From contig JACRIR010000209.1 of assembly GCA_016215705.1 (NCBI GenBank), positions 16,530 through 80,529 of the forward strand: 64,000 nt of DNA. The letters run 5' to 3'. Below the pieces are notes generated by a model that saw only the letters and a program-made list of their open reading frames with translations, ran no database searches and had not been told where the DNA came from. Both the position numbers and the translations under genes were made by a program. Positions 18,622 through 28,899 of the stretch are shown here, in pieces (the stretch's first letter is position 1; every line of letters begins with the position of its first letter). The DNA is from Candidatus Poribacteria bacterium. Lineage in GTDB: Bacteria; Abyssobacteria; SURF-5.

Positions 18622-19330
18622 CGTGAAGATGACCTTCATCGAGCACCTTGCGGAGCTCAGAATAAGGTTGATGAAGGGGCTTGGCGCGATCGCAGTCTTC
18701 TCGGTTCTTGGATATCTTTTCCGCGGACAAATCCTGGCAGTAATCAAGAAACCGCTCGGCGAGGCGATTCAGCTTCATGCGTTCGACCTTTTTGAGCAGT
18801 TCTACGCGTCGTTGAAGCTTGCGTTCTATACCGGCCTTTTCTTCGGATTGCCTTTTTTCGTCTACCAGATTCTCATGTTTTGTCTGCCTGCCCTGAGACC
18901 GAGCGAAAGACGAATGGTCGTTGGCGGGCTCATCTCCGGCGTTGTACTCCTCTATGGCGGGATAATCTTCTCATATATCCTGATACTGCCGCAGCTCATG
19001 GCCCAGCTCTCCCGTTTTTTCTCGACAGGCGTCGAGCAGACCTTTTCTTTGACCATGTACGTTGACAAGGTTTTCCATTTTGTTATCGCGTTTGGCCTGG
19101 GATTCCAAATGCCCATAGTGCTTGTGGTGCTCGTGCGTGTCGGCGTGATCTCCGTGGAGACACTGCGGAAAAACAGGAAATATATGATAGTCCTGATCTT
19201 CGTCGTTGCGGCTGTTCTCACTCCGCCCGACGTGATATCACAAATGCTGTTGGCAATTCCTCTCATGTTCCTCTACGAGGTGAGCATCTGGGTCTCCATT
19301 TTGCTCGGAAGGGGTGAGCGCTCGGCATGA
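18614..19330 (+). CDS. tatC: Sec-independent translocase TatC
   Basis: 238 aa, six TM segments; MTFIEHLAELRIRLM TatC N-terminal motif. Confidence 0.9.
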   Translation: MNDVKMTFIEHLAELRIRLMKGLGAIAVFSVLGYLFRGQILAVIKKPLGEAIQLHAFDLFEQFYASLKLAFYTGLFFGLPFFVYQILMFCLPALRPSERRMVVGGLISGVVLLYGGIIFSYILILPQLMAQLSRFFSTGVEQTFSLTMYVDKVFHFVIAFGLGFQMPIVLVVLVRVGVISVETLRKNRKYMIVLIFVVAAVLTPPDVISQMLLAIPLMFLYEVSIWVSILLGRGERSA

Positions 19331-19692
19331 TGGGTATCGGACCGATGGAGATAGTGGTTATCCTCGTGGTGACCCTCCTCGTGGTTGGCCCGGAGAAAAT
19401 GCCGGAATTAGCCCGCTCTCTCGCAAGGCTGATGCGCGACGTCCGCAGAATGATGGATGATGCGCGCGGCCAGATCGAAGAGATCACTCGCGAGGAACTC
19501 TTAAACAAGAAAGATGTCGACTCGTACTATCGCGATGTCGTTGACACCGTGAAAAAGTCGATCGATGCGCCCGATATCGATACTATCGGCCAGGAGATCA
19601 ACAAGGAGATGGAAAAGGCCATCCAACAATTGGAAAAAGAACCCGAGGAACCGCCAAAACCGGAAAACCCGCCCGCGCAACCCTCGCCGTAA
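19327..19692 (+). CDS. tatB: TatA/TatB-family protein (TatB-like, long charged tail)
   Basis: 121 aa; N-terminal TM plus amphipathic helix (MMGIGPMEIVVILVVTLLVVGPEKMPEL); overlaps the tatC stop. Confidence 0.75.
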   Translation: MMGIGPMEIVVILVVTLLVVGPEKMPELARSLARLMRDVRRMMDDARGQIEEITREELLNKKDVDSYYRDVVDTVKKSIDAPDIDTIGQEINKEMEKAIQQLEKEPEEPPKPENPPAQPSP

Positions 19693-19731
19693 AGAGGCGA
19701 AAGGGGAAAAAGAAGGAAGGAAGAAAAACTC

Positions 19732-20400
19732 CTAACCCCGGGTGCCCACGCCCGCCGCGCCTTGTTTGGGCCGCAGGGTGAAGGCATAGAAGTTATACGG
19801 ATAACTGTAATCGACGTGGTGGACGTCAACAAAATTAAAATCGACCCGCAGCGCATCCTCAAATGTCCTACGGTCTTTGATGCATTTCCCTCTATCAAGC
19901 TTACATATTATTCGGGCGGGAATATCCAGAACGTTTTCGGGCAACATGCAATCCACAATCACCACGATAGCCTCGCTTTTGCAGACACTGGCGATTTCCT
20001 TGAGGGCCTTTTTCATGCTCTCCATGTCAATATGATGAAAGATAACAATGCTGAATACGAAGTCGAAAGTTTCTCTCTTAAAGGGTAAAAGGGTAACGTC
20101 TCCACAAACGAATTGCAGCCGCTTTTGCGACTTGCCTGCGAGATACTTCGGATTGATATCGAGCGCGTAGTAGTTGCTCTCGAACAAATGAGCGTACCTC
20201 CCTGTGCCGCACCCGACGTCAAGGATTCTTCCCCGCGCGTTCTCAGCAAGAAGCCTTTCAATATGCTTCAACGCTCTTTTCCTGCCAATCGAAAAGATTT
20301 CTTGGGAAAGATCATATATAAACGGAATCTCAAGGACTTGGTATATCTTCCGAGACAGCCTCTGGATCAGTCCCTGGTCAGGTTTTCTTTCGGATGCCAA
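19732..20400 (-). CDS. Class I SAM-dependent methyltransferase
   Basis: 222 aa; SAM-binding motif ILDVGCGTGRYA. Confidence 0.8.
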   Translation of the reverse strand: MASERKPDQGLIQRLSRKIYQVLEIPFIYDLSQEIFSIGRKRALKHIERLLAENARGRILDVGCGTGRYAHLFESNYYALDINPKYLAGKSQKRLQFVCGDVTLLPFKRETFDFVFSIVIFHHIDMESMKKALKEIASVCKSEAIVVIVDCMLPENVLDIPARIICKLDRGKCIKDRRTFEDALRVDFNFVDVHHVDYSYPYNFYAFTLRPKQGAAGVGTRG

Positions 20401-20464
20401 CGCAAGAGTCCTCCCTGTTTCAACCTGGTCTGGCGAGGTCGGATTTGGGCTTCTTCACACAGGT

Positions 20465-23386
20465 TCAATGTGGCGCTAATTTTATCCGGCACTCGCGCAT
20501 CGATGTATCTATTCTCACGGGCACAATGTCGAACCTGTCCGATGACCCTGCCATGAAAACGAGTTTGTTATACACCGGCTTCATGCGACCGTCGGGAACA
20601 AGCTGCAGGAATCTGAAGCTGTGGTCTCCTTTCGCAAGCTTGAGAATCGCCTGCGCTTCCCATCGATCATTCTCCGGTGGGGGAGATTCGGAAGCCGTAT
20701 TGAATACCCTGACCGTGAATTCATTGTCAACAAAGAGTTGATATGCCTGGGGCGGGAACTCCATCAGCAGATCATAGATTCCATCTTCTTCCAAATGAAT
20801 CTTCGTCTCAAGGAGTTGAGGCGTCTGGAAATTCGTCTTTCCTTCTGTGCCTTCCACGGTTTGCGGATTATAGGGTGTAATTGGCTCAAAGGGCCGGCGA
20901 AATCCTTCGACGTGCTTGCTCGATGCCAACGGCGCGTAACAGAAGACCAGAATCAGAACCAGCGCAACGCCTTCGCGATATTTCCGATCTGAGAGGAGAA
21001 TTCCAAAAACAGAAAGCAGTCCCATGATACTGAGAGCTAACCCGAGATAGAATGCGCGCGGCTGATAAGAGAAGGTTACCGTGTGTTTTCCGGCCGGAAC
21101 GGGAACGCCGCGGAAGACGTAGTTTGTCCGGTATATTCTCACCGGTTCTTCATCGACGCTTGCTTTCCATCCCGGGAAGAAGACCTCGCTCGAGAAAAGG
21201 AAACCCGGACGCGGAATGTCAATTTCCACCCTGACAAACTCGTTTCGGGATTCAATCATCCTGGCTTCATTCTTGATCTGCAATAATCTGTCCGTTTCGT
21301 TGACGGCCCTCTCCGTTCTCCCACTCCTCAATGCGGAAAACTCATGCGGCAGGTCTTCCTCGATGTAGTTCCTGTTCAAGGGGTCAAACTCGGGGGAAAG
21401 CATTCTCTCAATGATGTCGGCGCGCGGGAGTTTCTCCACCCCGTAGACAACGAAATGCCTCGGGAGGAAAAACTCCACCCCGAATCTGGTGTTCAACAAA
21501 CTCCTGACTCGCCTGCTTTCCCGCGTTTTCAAGAAGAAATAATTCGTGTCAAACAGGCTCCCTTCATAACCAGTCATGGAATAGGGGGGATTGTAACTGG
21601 GCAGCGTGCTGTTGACGCAGAGGAAAGGCTGGATCATGAGACTGTCGATCCTGCCTATTCTCTCCAACTCCGGCGCCGGAATGTGGTAGTAGTTCGCGTT
21701 GAGACGATTGGTTAGTTGAGACCTCGCATCCTTGATCCCGGGGTCGGTCTTGCTGTAGTAAGCGAAACCGACCCGCGGGCCGGCTTCCTTGCGAAAAGTG
21801 GAATGCGACAAGTCTGCGACCACTATTGCCACCGCGAGCCAGGGAAAGATGCGGCTTTGCCTTCCCCTCCGGAAACCGGATAATAGAACAATCAGCGCCA
21901 GGAATGAGACGATGGCCCACACGGTATAATCGTGGCGGTAGAGTCGGCTTTGCATGTAAGGCGCGAGCCCGGGAAAGAGCCAAATAATCGCACAGATTGT
22001 CAAGAGCGCTGCGACTGCGCTCATTACGGCCAATTTGACATTATTCGGAACCGTCCCCTTCCCTGTCAGCGTGTCCATCCCATAGCCTGAGAGCGCTGCG
22101 ACGCAAAACATGTTTAATATTAGAGTTCTTCCCGGATTCGTGAGCCCCTTGAACAAAGGAACGTAATCGTACACAAATCTCTGAAGCGGAAGACTGAACG
22201 CGGATTTTGTCGAGTACACGGCTGTTATCAGAATGGCGAAGACAAAAAACTTCTTATGCTTGTATCGCTTGTCTTGGGATATAACTCCAACGAACGCGAG
22301 AATGAGCGACAGCAGTCCCACATAATGATCTCTCTCCGTATATGCGATGGAAGGCAAAATGTAGCCCAAGACAGTTTGTGCGGGTGTGCATCCGTAAATC
22401 AGCGTTTCGGCCAGGTCGAACCCACCCTGCCTGTTATAGTGCGAAATATACTCCAGGCCGGGCAGCAACTGAACGGAGACAAGACAGATTGCCAGAGCGA
22501 TTGCCACGCCAAAGTATAGAAGGGCCAGGGCATATTTCTTTCTGTCAAAGTAGGAATGATGAATCTGTTCCGCAATTGCGTTGGTGCGTAGGGCCGCTGT
22601 GTGCGCGGATTTGTTCTCAGAGGACTCCCGGCCTGTGTCGGACTTTGGCCCGCGAACAAGGCGCCCACACAATTGTGCGACGGAGTCATGCTTCTCGACG
22701 AGGGCGAAAGCAAGAATGAGGGCAATGAATCCCACGGAATAAATGAAATTCGCCGGGTAGTTTGCGAAGTATGACATGGCAAATAGCAGGGAAAGACATG
22801 CGATATGTCTCCTGCGGGGCTGTTGAAGCAGCCTGAATGCGAATAGAACCAGCAACGGGAGCCACATGATACTGTGCGCCGCGCCCGCAGTCCTCATTAT
22901 ATCTTCCAGCCGCAGATTGAATCCCCATACAATAGCGCCCACCAGAGCGCCCCATCTGTTGATCTTCAGGTCCCTCATGAGAAAGTAGAAAAAGCAGCCG
23001 GTCAGTCCCTTCGCCGCAAAAAGATAGACGATGAATCTGCAAAACGGCAGTATGTGGTCAGGGTTATTGAACTTGGACAAGGCAATGGTGAGTGGATAAA
23101 GGACGCCCGAGAGGGGAGAGGCAAAATATGGCGCCCCAAACCCCCAGTTCGGGAGCCATAGCCCGAGTTCTCCGTTGAGCAAGAGGCCGGTGCTCGCGGC
23201 AAGGATATTGTACGTCTGGACGAAGTCGTTCCCGAAAGGGTAAATCTTCGGAAACGGTCCAAAGGCAAAGAAGACGTTCCAATTGACGAGGAGAGGGAGG
23301 AAGAGTATCAACGCCACGGGGGCGAGATCAAACTTATATTCTCCGATGGCCTGGCTTATCCGCGTTTTCAACGAGAACTCCTGCAA
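20465..23386 (-). CDS. YfhO-family large membrane glycosyltransferase-like protein (GT-C fold)
   Basis: 973 aa, >10 TM segments in the N-terminal half, large C-terminal extracytoplasmic domain ending in the YfhO-like segment ...FFPGWKASVDEEPVRIYRTNYVFRGV... Confidence 0.65.
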   Translation of the reverse strand: MQEFSLKTRISQAIGEYKFDLAPVALILFLPLLVNWNVFFAFGPFPKIYPFGNDFVQTYNILAASTGLLLNGELGLWLPNWGFGAPYFASPLSGVLYPLTIALSKFNNPDHILPFCRFIVYLFAAKGLTGCFFYFLMRDLKINRWGALVGAIVWGFNLRLEDIMRTAGAAHSIMWLPLLVLFAFRLLQQPRRRHIACLSLLFAMSYFANYPANFIYSVGFIALILAFALVEKHDSVAQLCGRLVRGPKSDTGRESSENKSAHTAALRTNAIAEQIHHSYFDRKKYALALLYFGVAIALAICLVSVQLLPGLEYISHYNRQGGFDLAETLIYGCTPAQTVLGYILPSIAYTERDHYVGLLSLILAFVGVISQDKRYKHKKFFVFAILITAVYSTKSAFSLPLQRFVYDYVPLFKGLTNPGRTLILNMFCVAALSGYGMDTLTGKGTVPNNVKLAVMSAVAALLTICAIIWLFPGLAPYMQSRLYRHDYTVWAIVSFLALIVLLSGFRRGRQSRIFPWLAVAIVVADLSHSTFRKEAGPRVGFAYYSKTDPGIKDARSQLTNRLNANYYHIPAPELERIGRIDSLMIQPFLCVNSTLPSYNPPYSMTGYEGSLFDTNYFFLKTRESRRVRSLLNTRFGVEFFLPRHFVVYGVEKLPRADIIERMLSPEFDPLNRNYIEEDLPHEFSALRSGRTERAVNETDRLLQIKNEARMIESRNEFVRVEIDIPRPGFLFSSEVFFPGWKASVDEEPVRIYRTNYVFRGVPVPAGKHTVTFSYQPRAFYLGLALSIMGLLSVFGILLSDRKYREGVALVLILVFCYAPLASSKHVEGFRRPFEPITPYNPQTVEGTEGKTNFQTPQLLETKIHLEEDGIYDLLMEFPPQAYQLFVDNEFTVRVFNTASESPPPENDRWEAQAILKLAKGDHSFRFLQLVPDGRMKPVYNKLVFMAGSSDRFDIVPVRIDTSMRECRIKLAPH

Positions 23387-23484
23387 GTCTTCCGATACTG
23401 ATTTCCGGGTCGGTTATTCAACAACTGTGCCGGTGCGAATTTCTGCGCATATTATTCTCGCTCATAATTGCTGGATAGATTCGG

Positions 23485-25650
23485 CTATACATGTCTTCTC
23501 TTCTGTGAAGTCCATGAGATGAGAAAAAAGGCTGCCATAAGCCCAAGGCCGGCAGCGGACATCCAGGCTCCGACAAGCAGACTTCTCGGTCGAAAAGAAA
23601 ACTCTACATCGTGCCTTCCCGCGTCAACGACACAACCCATGAAATCCCCATAGACTCGCACTACCGGCCTCTCCCTTCCATCCACGCTTGCTTGCCAGCC
23701 TTTATGATAACTTTCGGACAGAATCAGGAGTTGTTTTGTTTCGGCCAGAGTCGCGACTCGAATCTTGCCAGGATGATCATGCGTGATGGTCGCCTTGCCC
23801 GGCGTACCCTCCTGCAGCGCAACCGACGAGGGAACGAGCGCCGTAGTTTCGACATCGATAGTATCGATGTCACTCTTGGGGTCAGAACCGACGAGCGCCT
23901 GTGCAACCAGTCTTGCCCTTGGAAGCGGAGCAGGCACTTCCGCTCCATAGACGCTTCCACTCAACGCATACAGCCCTTGCTTGTGTTTCTCCCAAACCCA
24001 ATGCACGTTTGCCACCCGCAAACGTGCGAGACTCATAGGTTCAAGTTGTTGCCTGGGCGGTATGCAGACAAACCCGCCCGCAATTCGGACCCCTTTCATG
24101 AGCCAGACGTTGTCGTCCGACATGAGACGGTACCGCGAGACGTCGGGAGGCGTTGGCGCAAAACCGTAGAAGCCTTCGAGCTTTGTTCCCGGCTCATTAT
24201 CCCGGATATAAGTCAACCCGTAGATACCCTGATCCGCGACGGCGAACAGAATCATCCCTGCGAAGGCCCATCGTTTTCCGCGCGCCGCCATAATAATAAT
24301 TGCGCCCGCCAGGATCATGAGAAGCGGATCGGAGAGGATAAGGTTTCTCGATGCGACACCCGAAGCAAAGTGTTGAGCCAATGTCGGGGTCTTTTCGGCC
24401 TTGGCAAGGAGAAAGAGTACGGCGAGCGATATGCTTGCGAGGGGGGCCAGCCCCAGCGGCCAAAGCTTCCTCCATGCGAGTCGGCCGCAAGATTGCACAA
24501 TCCTTGAGATGTCCGTATAGGCAATGGATGCCCCAATGGCCAAGGCAAGTTGAAACAGCAGGATATACCGGCAGGGCGCGCGAAATGCTCCAATAACCGG
24601 CACGAGAGTCTGGAGCCGATACAGATAGCCGTGCTGCCCCAGGGAAAGAATTCCCGACAAGGTGGCCAACCCGATGACTCCCGTCGCAAGTGTCCGCAAA
24701 GCCCCCAACTCCTTTCTACGGACTATGAGCAGGGCCAATAATATCACTGGAAGTGTCCCTATATATATCTTTAGTTCATATGGGATTCCACGAAACGCAA
24801 AGTCGTTGAATGAATATGGCGACAACAATTGCAATATGTGAATCGGGCGCAGACTGGGCCAGTAACGAGACCATGCTGGGTCAGTCCGACTAGTAATAGA
24901 AAGGGCGTCCCATGACGGTATAAGTTGAATGCCGCCCGCCAACACGCCGAGCAACTTGGCGATTCCAAGCGCCGAAAGCCGCCCCCAACACCGAAGCGAG
25001 AGAAGCAGGAGGAGTGTATACAAGGCTTCGGCCGACGATGAAATCCAGAAGACCTGGGGATGACCCAGAAGCAGTTGGGATGCTGTGAACAGTCCCACGC
25101 CTAACTTGGCAAATGCCACTTGGCGCCCATCGATCCCCCGCAACGCAACATCGATTGAAAACAAAAGCCAGGGAATATGCGCAGCGACGGAAACGGCATT
25201 ATAATGCACATAGTGCAACAGGTTAAACCCCGAGAATGTAAATACGAGTGCCCCAAATACACTCGCGTCGCGCGGAATCTGCCAGCGTCGCAAGAATAAG
25301 AACATGCCAGCCATCATGAAAGGATAATTGAGAAGCATCTCAAGGTTGAATGCTGCTCCGAACGGAAATATGCTGTAGAGAATCAGATGAAGGGGGTGGA
25401 GCATGCCCGCTCCACCGTCGCCATGGAGGTAGAATCCACATAGGACACTTGGAAGCCACAGGAAGCTGTCGCCTGACGCCAGACTCTGCGCATAGAAAAA
25501 GCGCATGGGGAGATGGTATCTGCTAAGGTCATCGTGTTTGTAGACTTGACCCTTGAACAAGGGCAGTCCGAGCAGACAAAGAATGATTAAACCCGCCGCC
25601 AGCCCCAGCCAAAAAGAACGGTTCTCTGTTCTGCGTTCATCCATATTCAT
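23485..25650 (-). CDS. YfhO-like membrane protein, paralog of the upstream gene
   Basis: 721 aa; C-terminal ...YHKGWQASVDGRERPVVRVYGDFMGCVV... parallels the C-terminus of the 973-aa protein. Confidence 0.65.
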   Translation of the reverse strand: MNMDERRTENRSFWLGLAAGLIILCLLGLPLFKGQVYKHDDLSRYHLPMRFFYAQSLASGDSFLWLPSVLCGFYLHGDGGAGMLHPLHLILYSIFPFGAAFNLEMLLNYPFMMAGMFLFLRRWQIPRDASVFGALVFTFSGFNLLHYVHYNAVSVAAHIPWLLFSIDVALRGIDGRQVAFAKLGVGLFTASQLLLGHPQVFWISSSAEALYTLLLLLSLRCWGRLSALGIAKLLGVLAGGIQLIPSWDALSITSRTDPAWSRYWPSLRPIHILQLLSPYSFNDFAFRGIPYELKIYIGTLPVILLALLIVRRKELGALRTLATGVIGLATLSGILSLGQHGYLYRLQTLVPVIGAFRAPCRYILLFQLALAIGASIAYTDISRIVQSCGRLAWRKLWPLGLAPLASISLAVLFLLAKAEKTPTLAQHFASGVASRNLILSDPLLMILAGAIIIMAARGKRWAFAGMILFAVADQGIYGLTYIRDNEPGTKLEGFYGFAPTPPDVSRYRLMSDDNVWLMKGVRIAGGFVCIPPRQQLEPMSLARLRVANVHWVWEKHKQGLYALSGSVYGAEVPAPLPRARLVAQALVGSDPKSDIDTIDVETTALVPSSVALQEGTPGKATITHDHPGKIRVATLAETKQLLILSESYHKGWQASVDGRERPVVRVYGDFMGCVVDAGRHDVEFSFRPRSLLVGAWMSAAGLGLMAAFFLISWTSQKRRHV

Positions 25651-26022
25651 CTGTACTACTCATTTTCAAAATCACAAATTCTTGTCGTGATTTCTTGCAC
25701 GAACCTAACGCATATTAGTCACACGGGCGCAATGAATTGCGCCCCTACAGACACGAATCAAGATGCTCCGTAGGGGCGCGATTCATCGCGCCCGATTCGT
25801 GCTGTTTGGTTGCGGCTATGCTGCGCTGTACTACTCACGTTCGAAATCATGAATTCGTGTCGCAATTTCCTCTTCTTCTTTTTCGTAAAATCCGTGTCCA
25901 TCCGTGTGCATCTGTGGCTAAGATGCCTCTTTTTCTTCTTCTCCCCAAATCCGTGGAATCCGTGAAATCCGTGGTTCCCTTTGTTTCTTCTTTTGTTTGG
26001 TTGCGGCTCTGCCGCGCTATGT
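25651..26022. repeat. Repeat-rich 372-bp leader/promoter region with ~45-bp direct repeats (~80% identical), GGGCGC..GCGCCC hairpins and TCCGTG microrepeats
   Basis: 25651-25695 vs 25825-25872; tttggttgcggct at 25816 and 25999; hairpins at 25725-25745 and 25773-25792. Confidence 0.7.
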
Positions 26023-27591
26023 TCATCTGCGGTTAATATCACTGTTTCGGCTTATCGCGTAGATGCGAATCGCCGGGCCGCGCGATCTGCCGGCTTCGCT
26101 CGGCCATTCACGCAAAAGCGGAAACTTGAACAACGGATCGTAGGAGCGAAAGCCAAACGCGCGATACCTCGGCCACTGCATTTCGCTTATGACGACGTAG
26201 TCATAGTTCAGAACTATTTCCTCGAATGGAATTCGACTGATCGTCCACGCCCATCCCGTCCTGAACTTTCCGGCGAAATACAGTTGCGGACAGTATGCCT
26301 CGTACAATATGCGCGAGCCCGCAGGAACAGCCGCAGTTATCCATTCGTATGCCAGCGTTCGATTGTCCGGCCGTCTCATCTCTTGCCATGTCGCGCGTGT
26401 CCTTTGAAACAGAATCCAACCGGCGAGAACGAAAACGATAATCAAGGGTAACTTGGCGCGGACCGCTGTTCGTTTCCTCTCCAAAGCTGACAACGATGTC
26501 CCGAAGGCGCCCCACACTCCTACTGCGGTCAGGCAACAGAGAGCCGGAAGCGATGGGAGAAGATGACGCGGGAAATATACCTTGGCAGTGCTGACCATTC
26601 CCAGAAATAAGATTGACGCAGCGCCGGCCAGAGCGAGCGGCTTCCTGGTAGTTATCTCTCGAGCCGCAAGCGGAGAGAGCAAGGCGAATAAGACAAGAAA
26701 TGAATGCTGATTGAGAAGGCTATTGATTGCCTTAAAAAGGCTTACCCCTTGATCTGCGCCGGGATGACCGGATGAATAGTGCACGAAGTCATAGGGCATT
26801 CCTACAGCGGGGTCGAGAAAAGTCTTGATGTCCAGAATGGAGTATGGCGTGGTTACGACGAAAACGGCAATAGACAGCAGTACGGCAAGCGTGAGCCTGC
26901 TCAGGACCCAACGAAACGGTTTCCTGACAAGCCATATGGCCAGAGGAACAGCAAAAAGAACCGCTGCGCCGTTGTATTTGGAGCCCGCGGCCAGTCCGCC
27001 AAATATCACGGCGCTCCAGAGATGGCGCTCTCTGCATTGCCCTCGCTCTGCCGAATCTGTAAAGGCTACCAGTTGCATCAATGACGCAGTGACGAAAAAG
27101 GCCATAGGCATTTCCAGTGTCACATAAGCTGCGCTTTCACGAACAAGGTTGCTCCCGATGAATGTGAGCCCTGCCAGTGAAGCTAAGAGGGGTGAAGTCA
27201 TACGCGACGTAAGCCGCAGAATCAGATAGAGCGTGCCTAAGGAGAAGCAAACCGTCGCAATGCGCGCGGTGTGGTAAATATCGAACACTTCGGGATTTAC
27301 CCCGCGCACGCTCAGGGGCAGACACAACGGGAGAGGAGCGTCGAAAAGAAACTGGAGAAGCTTCAGGATGCCCGCATGCGCGTAGATGACTAGCGACGGG
27401 TAATGGAACCAATGTGGATTCAAATCTCCCGTCAGCGCCATCCGCGCCGCTCGACTGATCACATCGGGCTCATCCGCATGATAGATGAATGGGGCGTTGA
27501 TGTTCGAGTAGCTCCCCCAGTACACTGCTGCAAACGCAAGCAACGCTACATGCGTCGCGAACGAGGAGTAATCACGCCGGGCGGTTATCAA
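26023..27591 (-). CDS. GT39/ArnT-like (PMT_2) membrane glycosyltransferase
   Basis: 522 aa, multi-TM; N-terminus ...YHADEPDVISRAARMALTGDLNPHWFHYPSLVIY. Confidence 0.7.
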   Translation of the reverse strand: MITARRDYSSFATHVALLAFAAVYWGSYSNINAPFIYHADEPDVISRAARMALTGDLNPHWFHYPSLVIYAHAGILKLLQFLFDAPLPLCLPLSVRGVNPEVFDIYHTARIATVCFSLGTLYLILRLTSRMTSPLLASLAGLTFIGSNLVRESAAYVTLEMPMAFFVTASLMQLVAFTDSAERGQCRERHLWSAVIFGGLAAGSKYNGAAVLFAVPLAIWLVRKPFRWVLSRLTLAVLLSIAVFVVTTPYSILDIKTFLDPAVGMPYDFVHYSSGHPGADQGVSLFKAINSLLNQHSFLVLFALLSPLAAREITTRKPLALAGAASILFLGMVSTAKVYFPRHLLPSLPALCCLTAVGVWGAFGTSLSALERKRTAVRAKLPLIIVFVLAGWILFQRTRATWQEMRRPDNRTLAYEWITAAVPAGSRILYEAYCPQLYFAGKFRTGWAWTISRIPFEEIVLNYDYVVISEMQWPRYRAFGFRSYDPLFKFPLLREWPSEAGRSRGPAIRIYAISRNSDINRR

Positions 27592-27607
27592 AGCAGTCTC
27601 TTAATAC

Positions 27608-28549
27608 CTATCGGATTCTCTCAAATAGCGCTTCTATATCCGACACAAGCAGATTGTCTAGACATGTGGTCTTGCTCTTGAAGCATGAAGGGAATCTGGC
27701 AATCAAATCCATATGCAAGGGATTGTACGTTTCGCGATATCTCACCTTTCTCAGTTTGTGGGAGTACCGGTTCCACAGTCCGCGATAGTCTTCCACTGAC
27801 CATTTGTTCAGTTCGTTCAAAGTGACCGGCGACAATCCTCTCGTGCGTGTGAAGTCCTCGAGTAACTCTTTGGGAAAAAGCAACTGGTGGTAGGGAACAG
27901 TGATTGATCTATAGCCATGTGAGCCTTTCGGAGACATATACAAAGGTCCAAAGACGAGATAAATATATCCACCCTTCCTGACCACACGTACGGCTTCCTG
28001 CAGGACCAACTCAGGCTCAGGAAAGTGCTCGAATGCGTTATAGGAAAAAACGAAATCGAACGTTTCATCATCAAACCGCAGATGCGCGGCATCCATTTGC
28101 AGAAACTTGGCGCCTTCACTGGCCGCTCTCTCATCGAATCCGTCGGCTCTGATGTCGATGGCGGTCGCCATTTTGCCGTGCCGCTTCAGAAAGTAACTCG
28201 TCATTCCATCCCAACACCCAAGCTCCAGAAAAGAATTCATGGTATCCGCTCTGTCTTTTACCAGTCTCAAGATTTCCCCCGCCCTGTCTCTTCCTCTCTT
28301 TTCTTGGCTTTGGGGATCGCGACCGTAGCTCGTGGAAAAGGGATATTCATCTTGCAGCGATTTCAAGACGTCCAGCCCCAGCCATGCGGGTGTCACCGTC
28401 GATTGATCAAGAATACTCCTGATTCCCCGCGTCCTCAGTTTTGTGAAGAGAAGTATTAATTTGTCAAAAACTCTCTTGGGAATGAATTTCAGGAGGAGGG
28501 GCCGCAGTATTGGCGAAGAGGCCATCCTCTGAAGAATCGTTTGAATCAT
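27608..28549 (-). CDS. Class I SAM-dependent methyltransferase
   Basis: 313 aa; SAM-binding motif FLELGCWDGMTSYF. Confidence 0.8.
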   Translation of the reverse strand: MIQTILQRMASSPILRPLLLKFIPKRVFDKLILLFTKLRTRGIRSILDQSTVTPAWLGLDVLKSLQDEYPFSTSYGRDPQSQEKRGRDRAGEILRLVKDRADTMNSFLELGCWDGMTSYFLKRHGKMATAIDIRADGFDERAASEGAKFLQMDAAHLRFDDETFDFVFSYNAFEHFPEPELVLQEAVRVVRKGGYIYLVFGPLYMSPKGSHGYRSITVPYHQLLFPKELLEDFTRTRGLSPVTLNELNKWSVEDYRGLWNRYSHKLRKVRYRETYNPLHMDLIARFPSCFKSKTTCLDNLLVSDIEALFERIR

Positions 28550-28737
28550 CCTGCGGTCCTTCTTATTCGCTAAATCCGGAGGCTGCCGCCCGCAAACATA
28601 CGGCCTTCTCTTGCGCCTCTTCCGTGATCAATAACATCACGCATGTCCTTGACCTTACTAAGATTAGCCTAACCTAACTTGCAAAGTCAAGCGCCGATCG
28701 GCGCAAATCCGGTGGTTGCGGGATTGCGGGTGCATGC

Positions 28738-28772
28738 TTGACAAATCGTGTCTTATACTCTATTTTGAGATT
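28738..28772 (+). promoter_or_regulatory. Possible sigma70 promoter TTGACA-N17-TATTTT for the divergent methyltransferase gene
   Basis: Hexamers read from the sequence; the ORF-track TTG start coincides with the -35 box, so the true start is probably downstream. Confidence 0.3.
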
Positions 28773-28899
28773 GCCGCACACCAAGTGGATTCCCGCTTTC
28801 AGGGGAGTGACACAGAAACAAACATGCGGATCGCTTCAGGTTCCTTTGAGAATCACGACGGAGATTCCAGGAATCGGGAAAAACAGTACAGAATCATGC

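Noticed and set aside
20113-20556. Plus-strand ORFs antisense to the methyltransferase and YfhO-like genes
   Set aside because: Shadow ORFs without recognisable motifs inside confidently called genes.
25737-26042. 99-aa (+) and 94-aa (-) ORFs in the repeat-rich leader
   Set aside because: They are composed of direct repeats and low-complexity sequence (e.g. GFHGFHGF), have no RBS and overlap each other; more likely non-coding regulatory or repeat DNA.
28738-28899. TTG start at 28738 for the zinc-ribbon methyltransferase
   Set aside because: This TTG coincides with a TTGACA -35-like hexamer of a plausible promoter, and the first ~55 residues lack similarity to the paralog at 48323-49240. A downstream GTG start is more likely, but this is not certain.
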